From contig JAJFUG010000072.1 of assembly GCA_021372515.1 (NCBI GenBank), positions 379 to 64,378 on the forward strand: a stretch of DNA of 64,000 nucleotides, read 5' to 3'. How positions within the stretch are numbered: the first letter of the stretch is position 1; every line of letters begins with the position of its first letter. The notes under the pieces are model-generated. The model had not been told where the DNA came from. It did not search any database and saw nothing but the letters and a program-made list of their open reading frames with translations. The position numbers and the translations under genes are program-made. Origin of the DNA: a bacterium (GTDB lineage: Bacteria > Gemmatimonadota > Glassbacteria > GWA2-58-10). Below are positions 52,072-63,202 of this stretch, piece after piece.

Positions 52072-53811
52072 GTGCGCGCGGATAATTTCATAAAAAGGGG
52101 ACAGACTGTGGCCAAAGAGCTTTCGATCCTGATCGGCGGGGAGGCCGGACAGGGTATTCAGTCCATCGGGCAGGTGCTGGCCCGCTCGTTCACCCGCTCG
52201 GGCTGGCGCGTGTTCGCCCTGCAGGATTTCGAGTCGCGTATCCGCGGCGGGCACGCGTTCACCAGGCTGCGGGTGACAACCGGAGAGGCGCAGTGTCACG
52301 CGCCGGGGATCGATATCCTTGTCGCCCTGAACGCCGAGACTATCGGCCTGCACCGCGGGGAGCTGAACGACGGGGCGCGGGTGATCTACGACAGCGGCCG
52401 GGTGAAAGAGGCCGAAACAGGCGCGGCTTTCCTGGGTCTCGACCTGGCAGGGATCTGCCGCGAAAGCAGTGGCTCATCCGCCATGGCCAACACCGTGGCC
52501 ACCGGCGCGGCCTGGGCCATGCTGGGCCTGGATACCCCGGTGGTGGAGGCGGTGCTGGAATCCACGTTCGCGCGCCGTGGCCTGGAGACGGTGAACAAGA
52601 ACATCGCTGTGCTGCGCGCCGGGTACGCTCTGGGCCGTCCTTACAGCCAGGCTGCGCCGCGGCTCGATCCGCCCGACGGCCGCGCGGGCCGTCTGTTCCT
52701 CTCGGGCGCGGATGCGGTGGCCCTGGGCGCCCTGGCTGCCGGGGTTAGTTTCTACAGCGCCTACCCCATGACCCCGGCCACCTCGGTGATGGAGTATCTG
52801 ATCCGCCACGGCCGGGAACGGGGCGTGGTGGTGGAGCAGGCGGAGGACGAGATCGCGGCGATCAACATGGCTATCGGCGCCTCGTTCATGGGTGCGCGCA
52901 GCATGACCGGCACCTCGGGCGGCGGGTTCGCCCTGATGAGCGAGGCGCTGGGCCTGGCCGGCTGCACCGAGATTCCGCTGGTGGTGCTGAACGCCCAGCG
53001 CCCGGGGCCGGCCACCGGGATGCCCACCCGCACCGAGCAGGCGGACCTGCTTTTCGCCCTGTTCGCCTCGCACGGCGAGTTCCCTCGGGTGGTGCTGGCC
53101 CCGGACGGCCCGGAATCGGCGTTCCGCCTGACCGCCGAGGCCTTCAACCTGGCCGACCGCTTGCAGGCCCCGGTCATAATCCTGACCGACCACCACTTGA
53201 TGGATTCCTACTGGACCGTGGAGGGGCTGCCCGTGGGTGAGGTGAGCCTGGACCGCGGTGTGCTGGCCGGGCCGGAGGAACTGGCCTCGGGCCAGAACTA
53301 CCTGCGCTACCGGATCACGCCGTCCGGCGTCTCGCCGCGGGCTTTCCCGGGCCAGGGCACGGCGCTGGTCTGCTCCACCGGGGATGAGCACGACCAGAGC
53401 GGGCATATCACCGAGGAGCCCGGCCTGCGCAGCGCCATGGTGGACAAGCGCTGGCGAAAGCTGGAGCAGTTGGGCGACCGGAGCGGCCTGGAGTGTGACC
53501 TTCAGGACGGCGCCGACACCGTGCTGGTGGGCTGGGGCTCGACCGGCGGAGCGCTGCGTGAGGCGGTGCGGATGCGCCGCGCCGGTGGGGCCAAAACCTC
53601 GCTGGTCCTGCTGACCTGCCTCTGGCCGTTCCCGGAGGCGCAGTTCAGGCAGGCCGTGGAGGGCCAGGGCCGCCTGGTGAGCGTGGAGGGCAACTCCCTG
53701 GGCCAGCTCGCCCGCCTGGTCCGGATGGAGACCGGCCTGCGCGCGGATCATCAGGTGCTCAGGTATGACGGTCGCGCGTTCTGTGCGCGGGACATCCTCG
53801 AAAAACTGTGA
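52072..53811 (+). CDS. korA: 2-oxoacid:ferredoxin oxidoreductase, fused gamma-alpha subunit (KorA-like).
   Basis: Track ORF of 579 aa. N-terminal gamma domain ILIGGEAGQGIQS..., then the alpha domain. Confidence 0.85.
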   Translation: MRADNFIKRGQTVAKELSILIGGEAGQGIQSIGQVLARSFTRSGWRVFALQDFESRIRGGHAFTRLRVTTGEAQCHAPGIDILVALNAETIGLHRGELNDGARVIYDSGRVKEAETGAAFLGLDLAGICRESSGSSAMANTVATGAAWAMLGLDTPVVEAVLESTFARRGLETVNKNIAVLRAGYALGRPYSQAAPRLDPPDGRAGRLFLSGADAVALGALAAGVSFYSAYPMTPATSVMEYLIRHGRERGVVVEQAEDEIAAINMAIGASFMGARSMTGTSGGGFALMSEALGLAGCTEIPLVVLNAQRPGPATGMPTRTEQADLLFALFASHGEFPRVVLAPDGPESAFRLTAEAFNLADRLQAPVIILTDHHLMDSYWTVEGLPVGEVSLDRGVLAGPEELASGQNYLRYRITPSGVSPRAFPGQGTALVCSTGDEHDQSGHITEEPGLRSAMVDKRWRKLEQLGDRSGLECDLQDGADTVLVGWGSTGGALREAVRMRRAGGAKTSLVLLTCLWPFPEAQFRQAVEGQGRLVSVEGNSLGQLARLVRMETGLRADHQVLRYDGRAFCARDILEKL

Positions 53812-53831
53812 ACAGCCGGAGAGAGACTTCC

Positions 53832-54680
53832 ATGCCGACTTTGAACGACTATAAAGGGATCGAGACCACCTGGTGCCCGGGCTGCGGCAATTTCGCGATC
53901 CTCACAGGCATCAGGCAGGCCCTGACCGGCCTGGGGCTGCCGCCGCACGAGGTGACGGTGTTCTCCGGGATCGGGCAGGCGGCCAAGCTGCCGCTGTACA
54001 CGCGCTGCCACTACCTGAACGGGCTGCACGGGCGGGCGTTGCCGCTCGCCACCGGGGCGCGCCTGGTCAACGGCCGCATGAAAATGATCGTGGTGGGCGG
54101 CGACGGCGACGGGTTCGCCGAGGGCGGGAACCATTTCCTGCACGCAGTGCGGCGCAATGTCGACCTCGCCTATTTCGTGCACAACAACCAGGTTTACGGC
54201 CTTACCAAGGGCCAGGCCTCGCCCACCAGCGACCGGGGCTTTGTCACCGGCACCACGCCCGAGGGGGTGGTGCACGGACGGTTCAACCCGGCCGGCGTGG
54301 CTATCGCCCTGGATGCCGCCTTTGTCGGCCGCACCCACTCGGGCGACATGCAGCACATGGTGCGCATGATGACTCTGGCCCTTCAGGCCGGCGGGTTCGC
54401 CCTGCTGGAGATACTCCAGCCCTGCGTGACCTACAACAAGGTCAACACCCTAAAGTGGTACCGCGAGAAAGCCTACGACCTGGAGACCGCCGACCCGTCC
54501 TACGATCCCACGGACCGCGAGGCGGCTTTCCGCAAATCGCTGGAATGGGAGGACCGTTTCCCGATCGGGGTGCTCTACCGTGGAACACGTCCCGCGGTGG
54601 TCCCCGGCAAAGATGAACCCCTGGCTCTGCAGACGGTCCCGCAGCGGGATATCACTCCGCTTCTTGATGAGTTCCGCTGA
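53832..54680 (+). CDS. korB: 2-oxoacid:ferredoxin oxidoreductase beta subunit (TPP-binding, KorB-like).
   Basis: MPTLNDYKGIETTWCPGCGNFAIL... and the GDG TPP motif VVGGDGDGF. Track ORF 53808..54680. Confidence 0.85.
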   Translation: MPTLNDYKGIETTWCPGCGNFAILTGIRQALTGLGLPPHEVTVFSGIGQAAKLPLYTRCHYLNGLHGRALPLATGARLVNGRMKMIVVGGDGDGFAEGGNHFLHAVRRNVDLAYFVHNNQVYGLTKGQASPTSDRGFVTGTTPEGVVHGRFNPAGVAIALDAAFVGRTHSGDMQHMVRMMTLALQAGGFALLEILQPCVTYNKVNTLKWYREKAYDLETADPSYDPTDREAAFRKSLEWEDRFPIGVLYRGTRPAVVPGKDEPLALQTVPQRDITPLLDEFR

Positions 54681-54880
54681 GGGCGCCGGAACAAAAAAAC
54701 TTTTGTTTTAGTATTGTGTTTGGGACCTAATTTACTATATATTTAAACGTTCGGACTTTTTCGGTCCGGGGTCGGGATCAGGCCCGCCACAGCTCCCGCC
54801 TCCGGCCCGAGTACTTTAACCTCCCGTTTTCCGGCAGGCCCAGTCCCTGCCTGGAAAGCCTGTTTCAGGAGTAGCGTAGT

Positions 54881-55051
54881 ATGGAACAGGAGTATCTGGA
54901 TCTTATCAAGCAGGAGCTGCTCGACCGTCAGGAGGAGCTCAAACGCCGGTGCCTCGAGGAATGCCGTCGCCGTTGCGGCGGCAGCCCGGAGGAATCGATG
55001 GAGTGCCTGGCCAACCTCATGACCCTGGAGTACCTGCTGGACAACGCCTGA
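54881..55051 (+). CDS. Hypothetical small Cys-containing protein of 56 aa.
   Basis: MEQEYLDLIKQELLDRQEELKRRCLEECRRRCGGSPEESMECLANLMTLEYLLDNA. It is not in the track because it is under 60 aa. AGGAG lies about 10 nt upstream, and a GC hairpin GCCTGTCCTCC...GGAGGACAGGC follows the stop. Confidence 0.35.
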   Translation: MEQEYLDLIKQELLDRQEELKRRCLEECRRRCGGSPEESMECLANLMTLEYLLDNA

Positions 55052-55380
55052 GCACGGCCTGTCCTCCCCCCCGGAGGACAGGCCGACCGGCCCACCTACA
55101 GGAAGCGGCGGGTTGGAGCACCATAGCCTTGCAGGTGTATTTTCGCCCCCCCTTGAGCAATTCACCCTCCCCGGATGAGCAGATTTTCGGAACTCTTTTC
55201 ACTTCAGCGTGTTGAATAATGCTGAAAGATTTAATCAAGCCTTGACTTCCCCGTGCGGGCGGATGTATCTTACTGCTGCGTCCGGCAGGGGCCGGCGACC
55301 AGCGGAGCCGTGGCCCGCTTTCCTGTGGGACAGGCGGATGCCACTTTGGTGACGGATACCTACAGAGATCAGACGGGTCC

Positions 55381-56661
<1,281 letters not shown>

Positions 56662-56725
56662 TCGACACCGACAGCCAAAGGATGGGAAAATCCGTTACCG
56701 TAATTTCATAATCGCCGCGGCGCTG

Positions 56726-59707
56726 TTGCTTGGGCTGACGGCCGGGCCGGGTGGCCTGCGGGCGCAGAGCGCCAGTCCCGGTTATGTCCCGGTGGCCCTC
56801 GATCCGGCGGGTGGCCAGTTGCGGCCCGCGGTGATCGTGGACCATCAGGACCGTCTGCTGGTCTCCTGGTTCGACAGCACGGCGGGCCTGTCCCGGATTT
56901 TGCTCCAGGGCTTCGACCGTCAAGGCGGACGCCTGGGGCCGACCGTGGAGGGCAGTATCTACCCGACCACCCGCAAGAGCCACCACGACCTGGCCGTGGA
57001 TTTCAACGGGCAGGCGGTGCTGGCCTGGGCGGATGGTATCTGGCCTGTCAGCTTCATCTATTTCCGGCGGTTCGACACCAACGGCGGGGCTGTGGAGCAG
57101 AACCCCCGTCCCGATGCCGTGGCGCGCCGGATACGCGGGCTGAACCCCTCGGTCGGCATCGATTCCAGCGGCATAGTCTACCTGGTCTGGCAGGACCAGG
57201 GCACCGAGGGCCAGGATGTCTACGGCGCGCGGTTCCTGGCCGCGGACAGCCTGGGCTACGGCGCCCAGGACACGCTGACCCACCAGTGGGTCGGCACCCA
57301 CCGCCTGAACGACACCCCGGCCGGCGACCAGCTCGACCCGGTCATCGCCGCCGACCGCAAGGGCAACACTGTCGCCGCCTGGCGCGATATGCAGCCGGAC
57401 AGTGTCGGCATCCGCGTCATCGCCTACGACCGCCTGGGGCACGAGATGCTCCAGCGCCTGATGCTGCCCGAGGATTCGAGCCAGGTGACCGCGCTCTCTC
57501 CGCCCGCGGTGTCCGCCTCCTCTTTCAGTTCCACCTACAGCTGGTTCGTGGTGAGCTGGGTCGAGGTGAGCGGCAGCGGTGTGCCGCAGCTCAAGCTCTA
57601 CTCGATCCGCCTGCAGATAAACCGTTCCCCGACCCGGATCACGGAGGACTCGATTCCAGCGGTGGTGGATGCCGGCCTGGAGCTGTCCCTGACCAAGCCC
57701 GCCCTGTCGGGCAACGAGAACGGGGATGTGGCCCTGGTCTGGGTGCGCAACCAGGACGGTGGTGGCAGCGCGGCCTGGTCTTTCGTCTGTAACGTCAACG
57801 AGGGCGTCGAGGGCGGCCGCCAGGGACAGATAACCCCGCAGAACATGAAAGCGCTCCAACCGGTCGACGCGATCCGTCAGGACGGCACTTTCGTGTCGGT
57901 CTGGGGTGATGACGCCCACGACGTGTCCGACCTGTGGATGCAGAATTTCAGCGCCGGCGGACTGATCACAGACCCGATGCACATATCCCCTTCCGGGGGC
58001 GAGGGCGAGCTGGCCGGGGCCGCTGCCCTGGTCGGGCACCCCGACCTGAGCTACAGCCTGTTCTGGGAGCGCCAGAGCGTGGAGGAGGGGGCCCAGATAC
58101 AGCAGTTGACTTTCTCTGCGGATGACCGTCCCTCCGGGGCCGTGCAGCCGCTCCAGCCGGAGACGGCCGTGCAGCGCCATCCCACTGTGGCCCGGGCTGT
58201 GAGCGGACAGTACGCGGTGGGCTGGCAGGAGAGCGGCGCCTCGGGCTACCGGGTGCGCGCCTCGCTGTTCGGGGCGGACGGTGCGCTGAAACAGGCCGGC
58301 CTGACTCTGGAACAGTCGGCCCAGAATTTCCTGGACGGGGTGAGCCTGTCGCTCGGGCCGGACGGAGTGCTGAGCGCGGCCTGGGAGCGCTGGACCCCGC
58401 TGGCCGGGATCCCCGAACTGGTCCTGGCGCACTGGGACAGCCTGGGCAACCGGATCGGCTCGGTGCGCAGCGTGGCCAGCGCGGCCCACGGCGGCGGACG
58501 GTACGCGTCACTGGCCACAAGCCCGGCCGGCAACCAGATGATTGTCTGGCGCGAGGGCGCGGTCTCGGGGACCAACGCGCGCATCCGTGCCCAGGTGTTC
58601 AATTCCGGCGGCACGCCGCGCGGTTCCGAGCTGGCGGTCAGCGAGGTCCAGGCCGATTACCTGGGCGCCAGCGGAAAGCCGCAGGTGGTGGCCTCGCCGC
58701 TCACCGGACGGTTCTTCGTGGTCTGGCAGGAGTTCTTCTCCGACGCCCAGCACCTTTACTACCGCCTGTACTCCGAGCGCGGCGACAGCCTGGAGCTGCC
58801 GCAGGAGCTGGGCTACCGCGGCGTTTTCGGCAGCCTGTCCACCTCGGGCGGCGTGGTGGGGCAGACCAATCCGGCCGTGGCCGTGGACAGCCACGGCGAC
58901 CATCTCGTCCTTTGGGTGGAGAAAGAGATGGGCGGCGAGACCCGCCTGTTAGGCTGCAAGATCGATTCGACTGGCGCGCCGCGCGGCAGTGTTTTCCAGG
59001 TGCCCGGAGTGCGCCTGGCCGCCCTGCCCTGCCTGAGCATCCTGGGCACGGACCGGGTGGTCCTGGCCTGGAACGACACCACCGGCGCAGCCACGCGCCT
59101 TCTGGCGCAGTCTCTTCAGATCACGTTTTTCGCCCTGAGCGGCAAGCTCGACCTGGCCTCGGACATGTCCGGTTCCACGAGTCCGGCTGTCGTTCATATC
59201 GCGGGCAACGTGGTGGATTCGGTGAAAGTCGACACGCAGGGCAATTTCGCTTTCAGCACCCTGACCGCGGGCAGCTACAGCCTGCGGGTCACGCGGGAGG
59301 GCCGCGAGCTGAGCCTGAGCCGCAGCGGCTTCGAGTTAGCCGGAAGCACGGGCGGCACGGTCGACCTGGGCCGGGTGACTGTCCTGGGCGGCGGCACCGG
59401 CCCCGAACTGCCCCGGGTGGCAACTCCGGTGCTGAACCAGAACTCGCCCAACCCGTTCAACCCCTCGACCACGATCACTTTCGACCTGCCGGAGGGCGCG
59501 GCGCTGCAGAAAGTGGCGCTGCGGGTCTACGACCTGCGCGGCGCGACGGTGCGGGTGCTGGTGGATGAGCAGTTGGGCGGCGGGCGGCACTCGGTGCAGT
59601 GGGACGGGCGGGACGCACAGGGACGGCAGGTGGCCTCGGGCGTGTATTTCTACCGCCTGGAGGCCGGCGGCCGCAGCGCGGTGCGCAAGATGATCCTGCT
59701 TAAATAG
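56726..59707 (+). CDS. Large secreted protein with about fourteen tandem ~47-aa repeats (probable beta-propeller), an Ig-like domain and a T9SS-type C-terminal sorting domain.
   Basis: Track ORF of 993 aa. The C-terminus LNQNSPNPFNPSTTITFDLPE...VYDLRGATVRVL...SGVYFYRLEAGG...KMILLK matches the Por-secretion CTD pattern. Confidence 0.8.
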   Translation: MLGLTAGPGGLRAQSASPGYVPVALDPAGGQLRPAVIVDHQDRLLVSWFDSTAGLSRILLQGFDRQGGRLGPTVEGSIYPTTRKSHHDLAVDFNGQAVLAWADGIWPVSFIYFRRFDTNGGAVEQNPRPDAVARRIRGLNPSVGIDSSGIVYLVWQDQGTEGQDVYGARFLAADSLGYGAQDTLTHQWVGTHRLNDTPAGDQLDPVIAADRKGNTVAAWRDMQPDSVGIRVIAYDRLGHEMLQRLMLPEDSSQVTALSPPAVSASSFSSTYSWFVVSWVEVSGSGVPQLKLYSIRLQINRSPTRITEDSIPAVVDAGLELSLTKPALSGNENGDVALVWVRNQDGGGSAAWSFVCNVNEGVEGGRQGQITPQNMKALQPVDAIRQDGTFVSVWGDDAHDVSDLWMQNFSAGGLITDPMHISPSGGEGELAGAAALVGHPDLSYSLFWERQSVEEGAQIQQLTFSADDRPSGAVQPLQPETAVQRHPTVARAVSGQYAVGWQESGASGYRVRASLFGADGALKQAGLTLEQSAQNFLDGVSLSLGPDGVLSAAWERWTPLAGIPELVLAHWDSLGNRIGSVRSVASAAHGGGRYASLATSPAGNQMIVWREGAVSGTNARIRAQVFNSGGTPRGSELAVSEVQADYLGASGKPQVVASPLTGRFFVVWQEFFSDAQHLYYRLYSERGDSLELPQELGYRGVFGSLSTSGGVVGQTNPAVAVDSHGDHLVLWVEKEMGGETRLLGCKIDSTGAPRGSVFQVPGVRLAALPCLSILGTDRVVLAWNDTTGAATRLLAQSLQITFFALSGKLDLASDMSGSTSPAVVHIAGNVVDSVKVDTQGNFAFSTLTAGSYSLRVTREGRELSLSRSGFELAGSTGGTVDLGRVTVLGGGTGPELPRVATPVLNQNSPNPFNPSTTITFDLPEGAALQKVALRVYDLRGATVRVLVDEQLGGGRHSVQWDGRDAQGRQVASGVYFYRLEAGGRSAVRKMILLK

Positions 59708-59777
59708 CGGACCTGTCCTTTACGAAGTGGGAATGTTTTCAGGGGGCGCCGCCCGGCGCCCGAGGTTTTTCTGAGCC

Positions 59778-60212
59778 ATGAAATCTCCGAGGGCGAAGCG
59801 GGTTGTCGAGGCGGCGGGCCCGGAGCTGATCGCGCGCTGCGGGATGAACTGCCGTCTCTGCCACGCCTATGTCAGAGACAAGAACACCTGTCCGGGTTGC
59901 CGCAGCGGGGGGTATTTCATCTTCAAATCCGTTGTCAGGTGCCGGATATTGAACTGCGGCAGGATACCGGAAGACAGGGCCGACTACTGTTTCAACTGCG
60001 ACAGTTTTCCCTGCACCCGTCTGAAACAGCTTGACAAGCGCTACCGGACAAAATACGGGATGAGCATGCTGGAAAATCTGGAAAACATCCGGCTGAACGG
60101 AGTCGAAAGTTTCGTCGAAAAGGAAAACCAGCGCTGGGAATGTCCGGGGTGTGGGGAAATCCTCAGCGTTCACAAGCCGCAGTGTCTTTCCTGCGGCCGC
60201 GGTTGGCATTAA
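59778..60212 (+). CDS. Cys-rich DUF3795-like protein.
   Basis: Track ORF of 144 aa with several CxxC pairs (CGMNCRLCHAY, CPGC, CFNCDSFPC, CPGCG, CLSC). Confidence 0.5.
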   Translation: MKSPRAKRVVEAAGPELIARCGMNCRLCHAYVRDKNTCPGCRSGGYFIFKSVVRCRILNCGRIPEDRADYCFNCDSFPCTRLKQLDKRYRTKYGMSMLENLENIRLNGVESFVEKENQRWECPGCGEILSVHKPQCLSCGRGWH

Positions 60213-60325
60213 TTTATCCGTCACTTGAAAATGCACTTTCATTCCGACTGCTTGAGAGAGCCTGTTGCAGTCCTTCACTGTGATGCGGCTTGCGGTATAA
60301 AAAATCAACCAAAAGGAGCAGCCAC

Positions 60326-61906
60326 ATGCGGGTCCTGATCGCGACCAAACTGGACGAGGTTGCCCGGCGTATCCTCGAAGAGGCGGGGATCGAGGTGGTG
60401 GTGAAAGCGGGCCTGGATGAACCGGGGTTGTGCGAGGCGGTCAAGGGCTGCCAGGGGCTGATCGTGCGCAGCGAGAAAGTGACCAGGACGGTGCTGGATG
60501 CGGCCGACCAGATGCAGGCAGTGGTGCGCGCCGGCAGCGGAGTGAACACGATCGATGTGGCCTACGCCACCACGCGCAACATCCAGGTGATGAACACCCC
60601 CGGCGCCAACAGCAACTCGGTGGCCGAGCTGGTGTTCGCGTTCATGCTGGCCGGCTCGCGCTGTCTGGCCCGCGCCGACCGCTCGGTCAAGGAAGGGCGC
60701 TGGGAGAAATCGGGACTGATGGGCCGCGAGCTGGTGGGCAAGACCATCGGCATAGTCGGCCTGGGCAATATCGGCACTCTGGTCAGCCGCAAGGCCAAGG
60801 GCTTCGAGATGAACGTGATCGGGTTCGACCCGGTTGTCTCGGAGGAGAAAGCGCGCGACATCGGTGTAAGCATCAAGTCGCTGGAGGAGGTGTTCGCCGA
60901 GAGCGATTTCATCACCTTGCACGTGCCGCTCAACGACAAGACCCGCGGGATGATCGGCGGCCAGTTGCTGGGGTCGATGAAAAAGGGCGCCATGCTGATC
61001 AACTCGGCCCGCGCCGAGGTGGTGGACCAGGCCGCCCTGCTGGAGGTGTTCGGGGCGCGCGAGGACCTGCTCTTCGGGGCGGACGTGTTCGTGGAGGGCG
61101 ACAAGGAGGGTGACAAGTCCGTGGCCGTGCTGGCCGACCGGCTCGTCTCGACCCCGCACCTGGGGGCCAACACCTCCGAGGCCAACCGACGGGCCGCGGT
61201 ATCGGCGGCCGAGGAGCTGCGCGATTTCCTGGTCAAGCGCATGGTGTGTTTCCCGGTCAACAACCTGGCCATCCCGCCCGACCTGAACCCGCGTTTCCTC
61301 GAGCTGACCCGCCTGATCGGCGAGATCGCCCACTACAACATCGGCGGCTACCAGCCGCAGGAAGTTCGGATCACCTGCTACGGACGGCTGAACAAGCATA
61401 TCGACGTGCTGACCAAATACCTGCTCAAGGGCTTGATGGACATCTACCATCAGGAGGTGGTCTCTCCGGCCGAGGCCATCAAGCGCGCCGAGGAGAGCGG
61501 CATCCTGGTGGTCAAGCGCGTGCCGGACGACAGCAAGGGCTACGGCGAGTCGATCACCATCGACATCCTGTCCAAGAAACAGGAGTACCTCGAAACCTCG
61601 ATCCGTGGCACGATCACCCCGGAGAGCGAGCTGAAGATCAACCGGATCGACTCGTTCGTCAACCTGGATCTGATCCCCAGCGGGCACATGCTGTTCACCT
61701 ACCAGAAGGACCGTATCGGCCTGATCAACGACATCAGCCTGGCCCTGTCCAGCGCCGGGCTGAATATCCTGAACATCCGTTTCACCACCGACCGGGAGGG
61801 TCGTTCCATCGCGGTGCTTCAGACCGACACTTCGCTCAACCGCGAGGTTTTCGAGGGAATCAAGGCGAAGATATCGCCTTACAAGAGTTTCATGATGGCA
61901 GTCTGA
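60326..61906 (+). CDS. serA: D-3-phosphoglycerate dehydrogenase (long form with C-terminal ASB/ACT domains).
   Basis: MRVLIATKLDE... with NAD-binding GIVGLGNIG and a C-terminal ACT-like region. RBS AAAAGGAG. Track ORF 60290..61906. Confidence 0.9.
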   Translation: MRVLIATKLDEVARRILEEAGIEVVVKAGLDEPGLCEAVKGCQGLIVRSEKVTRTVLDAADQMQAVVRAGSGVNTIDVAYATTRNIQVMNTPGANSNSVAELVFAFMLAGSRCLARADRSVKEGRWEKSGLMGRELVGKTIGIVGLGNIGTLVSRKAKGFEMNVIGFDPVVSEEKARDIGVSIKSLEEVFAESDFITLHVPLNDKTRGMIGGQLLGSMKKGAMLINSARAEVVDQAALLEVFGAREDLLFGADVFVEGDKEGDKSVAVLADRLVSTPHLGANTSEANRRAAVSAAEELRDFLVKRMVCFPVNNLAIPPDLNPRFLELTRLIGEIAHYNIGGYQPQEVRITCYGRLNKHIDVLTKYLLKGLMDIYHQEVVSPAEAIKRAEESGILVVKRVPDDSKGYGESITIDILSKKQEYLETSIRGTITPESELKINRIDSFVNLDLIPSGHMLFTYQKDRIGLINDISLALSSAGLNILNIRFTTDREGRSIAVLQTDTSLNREVFEGIKAKISPYKSFMMAV

Positions 61907-62041
61907 GAAGTTTTTCGACCTGGGACTACCTCGGGTGATACATTCGGGCGGCGGCGGAGGTTAAACCGGGGAGGCCCGGGGTGTGGTGGCTCAGTGGCCG
62001 CACCCTTAACGTGAATCGATCCTCGAGAAGAGATACCTGCA

Positions 62042-62977
62042 ATGAGCAAGGACAGAAAATTGCATCCAGATAAATCGGTTGGTGCGCCAGCGGGCGGCGA
62101 GCAGCAGGGCGGCGGCGCAGGCGGAGGCCGTTCCGGCCGCCGCAGACGGCGCTCGCAGAGAAACCGCAAACACAACAGCGGCGAGCAGATGGCGGCCCAG
62201 GCGCAGCAGGGCCAGCCCGGCAACCACAACCAGCCGGCCCAGGGCAAGCCGAACGGCGGCCACCCGCAACCGCAGCCGCAGCAGAACCGTCAGGGCGGCG
62301 GTGGGGGCCGGCAGCCCGAGAACGGCGGCGGGGGCCGTCAGCACCAGCACTCTCCCCAGGCGCAGCGCGAGCGCGAGGAGCGCCGGGTTGAGGAGGAATC
62401 CCAGGCCGGCCGCCACTCCAAGGCCAACATGATTGTCCTGGTGGACAGCGACCCGGCCTACGTGGAGATGGAGTCCCTGGCAGTGGTCAACTATGTCTCC
62501 GGCTTCAACCCGATGGGCTTCACCGCCCTGGACAAGGCCCTGAGCTACGTGACCAGCCCGCGCAACGAGGGCCGTATCCGCATGGTGCTGCTCAGCCTGG
62601 AGACCGAGGCCCAGAGCGGCGCCTCGGTGGACGACCTTCTGACTGCGATGCACAATCACGGCGAGATACCGCTGGTGGCGGTGAGCGAGCAGAACTGCGC
62701 CGAGAGAGTGAGCCACGTGCTCGACCTCGGGGCGGTGGGCCTGCTGACCAAGGCTTTCACCATGGACGTGTTCGTGCGGTTCATCAAGGACGTGCTGCGC
62801 AAGGGGCATGTCACCGGCTGGCAGTGCTCGCAGTGTGGCAAGCTGGTGCCCATGGATCAGGTGGACATGCTGAACATGCGTCCGATCCGTTGCGCGCACC
62901 GCGACTGTGTCTGCTCGGAGATTCAGGAGGTCACTTTCGGACGGCCCGCGGTGGCCGCGCGGGTCAAGGTGGGCTGA
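62042..62977 (+). CDS. Hypothetical protein with a disordered Gly/Gln/Arg/Pro/His-rich N-terminus (RGG-like), a receiver-like domain and a C-terminal zinc ribbon.
   Basis: Track ORF of 311 aa. Residues 1-130 are low complexity (GGGGGRQ repeats). MIVLVDSDPAY...RMVLLSLE is receiver-like with Ser at the expected Asp position. The ribbon is CSQCGKL...CAHRDCVC. Confidence 0.6.
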   Translation: MSKDRKLHPDKSVGAPAGGEQQGGGAGGGRSGRRRRRSQRNRKHNSGEQMAAQAQQGQPGNHNQPAQGKPNGGHPQPQPQQNRQGGGGGRQPENGGGGRQHQHSPQAQREREERRVEEESQAGRHSKANMIVLVDSDPAYVEMESLAVVNYVSGFNPMGFTALDKALSYVTSPRNEGRIRMVLLSLETEAQSGASVDDLLTAMHNHGEIPLVAVSEQNCAERVSHVLDLGAVGLLTKAFTMDVFVRFIKDVLRKGHVTGWQCSQCGKLVPMDQVDMLNMRPIRCAHRDCVCSEIQEVTFGRPAVAARVKVG

Positions 62978-63024
62978 GAGGGAGAAGAGCCTGCCTCGTA
63001 ATCCAAAAGACCGGATGTGGGTGC

Positions 63025-63045
63025 ACGGCATGCCGTGCCCGATTC
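63025..63045. repeat. Palindrome family A (GCACGG catg CCGTGC) 3' of the 62042 gene.
   Basis: Same core as at 10244. Confidence 0.55.
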
Positions 63046-63159
63046 AGGAGATTAAATCCCCCTCGCTCCCCCTGCTTTGAAAAAGGGGGAGGTTTGGCCG
63101 GCTCTCTGGGCTTATCGTCTGACAGGATCGCGACGGGGAAGAAACGGTCCGAAAATAGC

Positions 63160-63195
63160 GTAGGGGCGGGTTTCAAACCCGCCCCTATATGTTTT
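63160..63195. terminator. Palindrome family B (AGGGGCGGGTTT caa AACCCGCCCCT) with flanking T-runs; a bidirectional terminator.
   Basis: gtAGGGGCGGGTTTCAAACCCGCCCCTatatgtttttgg. Confidence 0.6.
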
Positions 63196-63202
63196 TGGGG
63201 AC

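Noticed and set aside
60305-61687. 460-aa - strand ORF
   Set aside because: Antisense to serA.
62006-63031. 341-aa - strand ORF
   Set aside because: Antisense to the 62042 gene.
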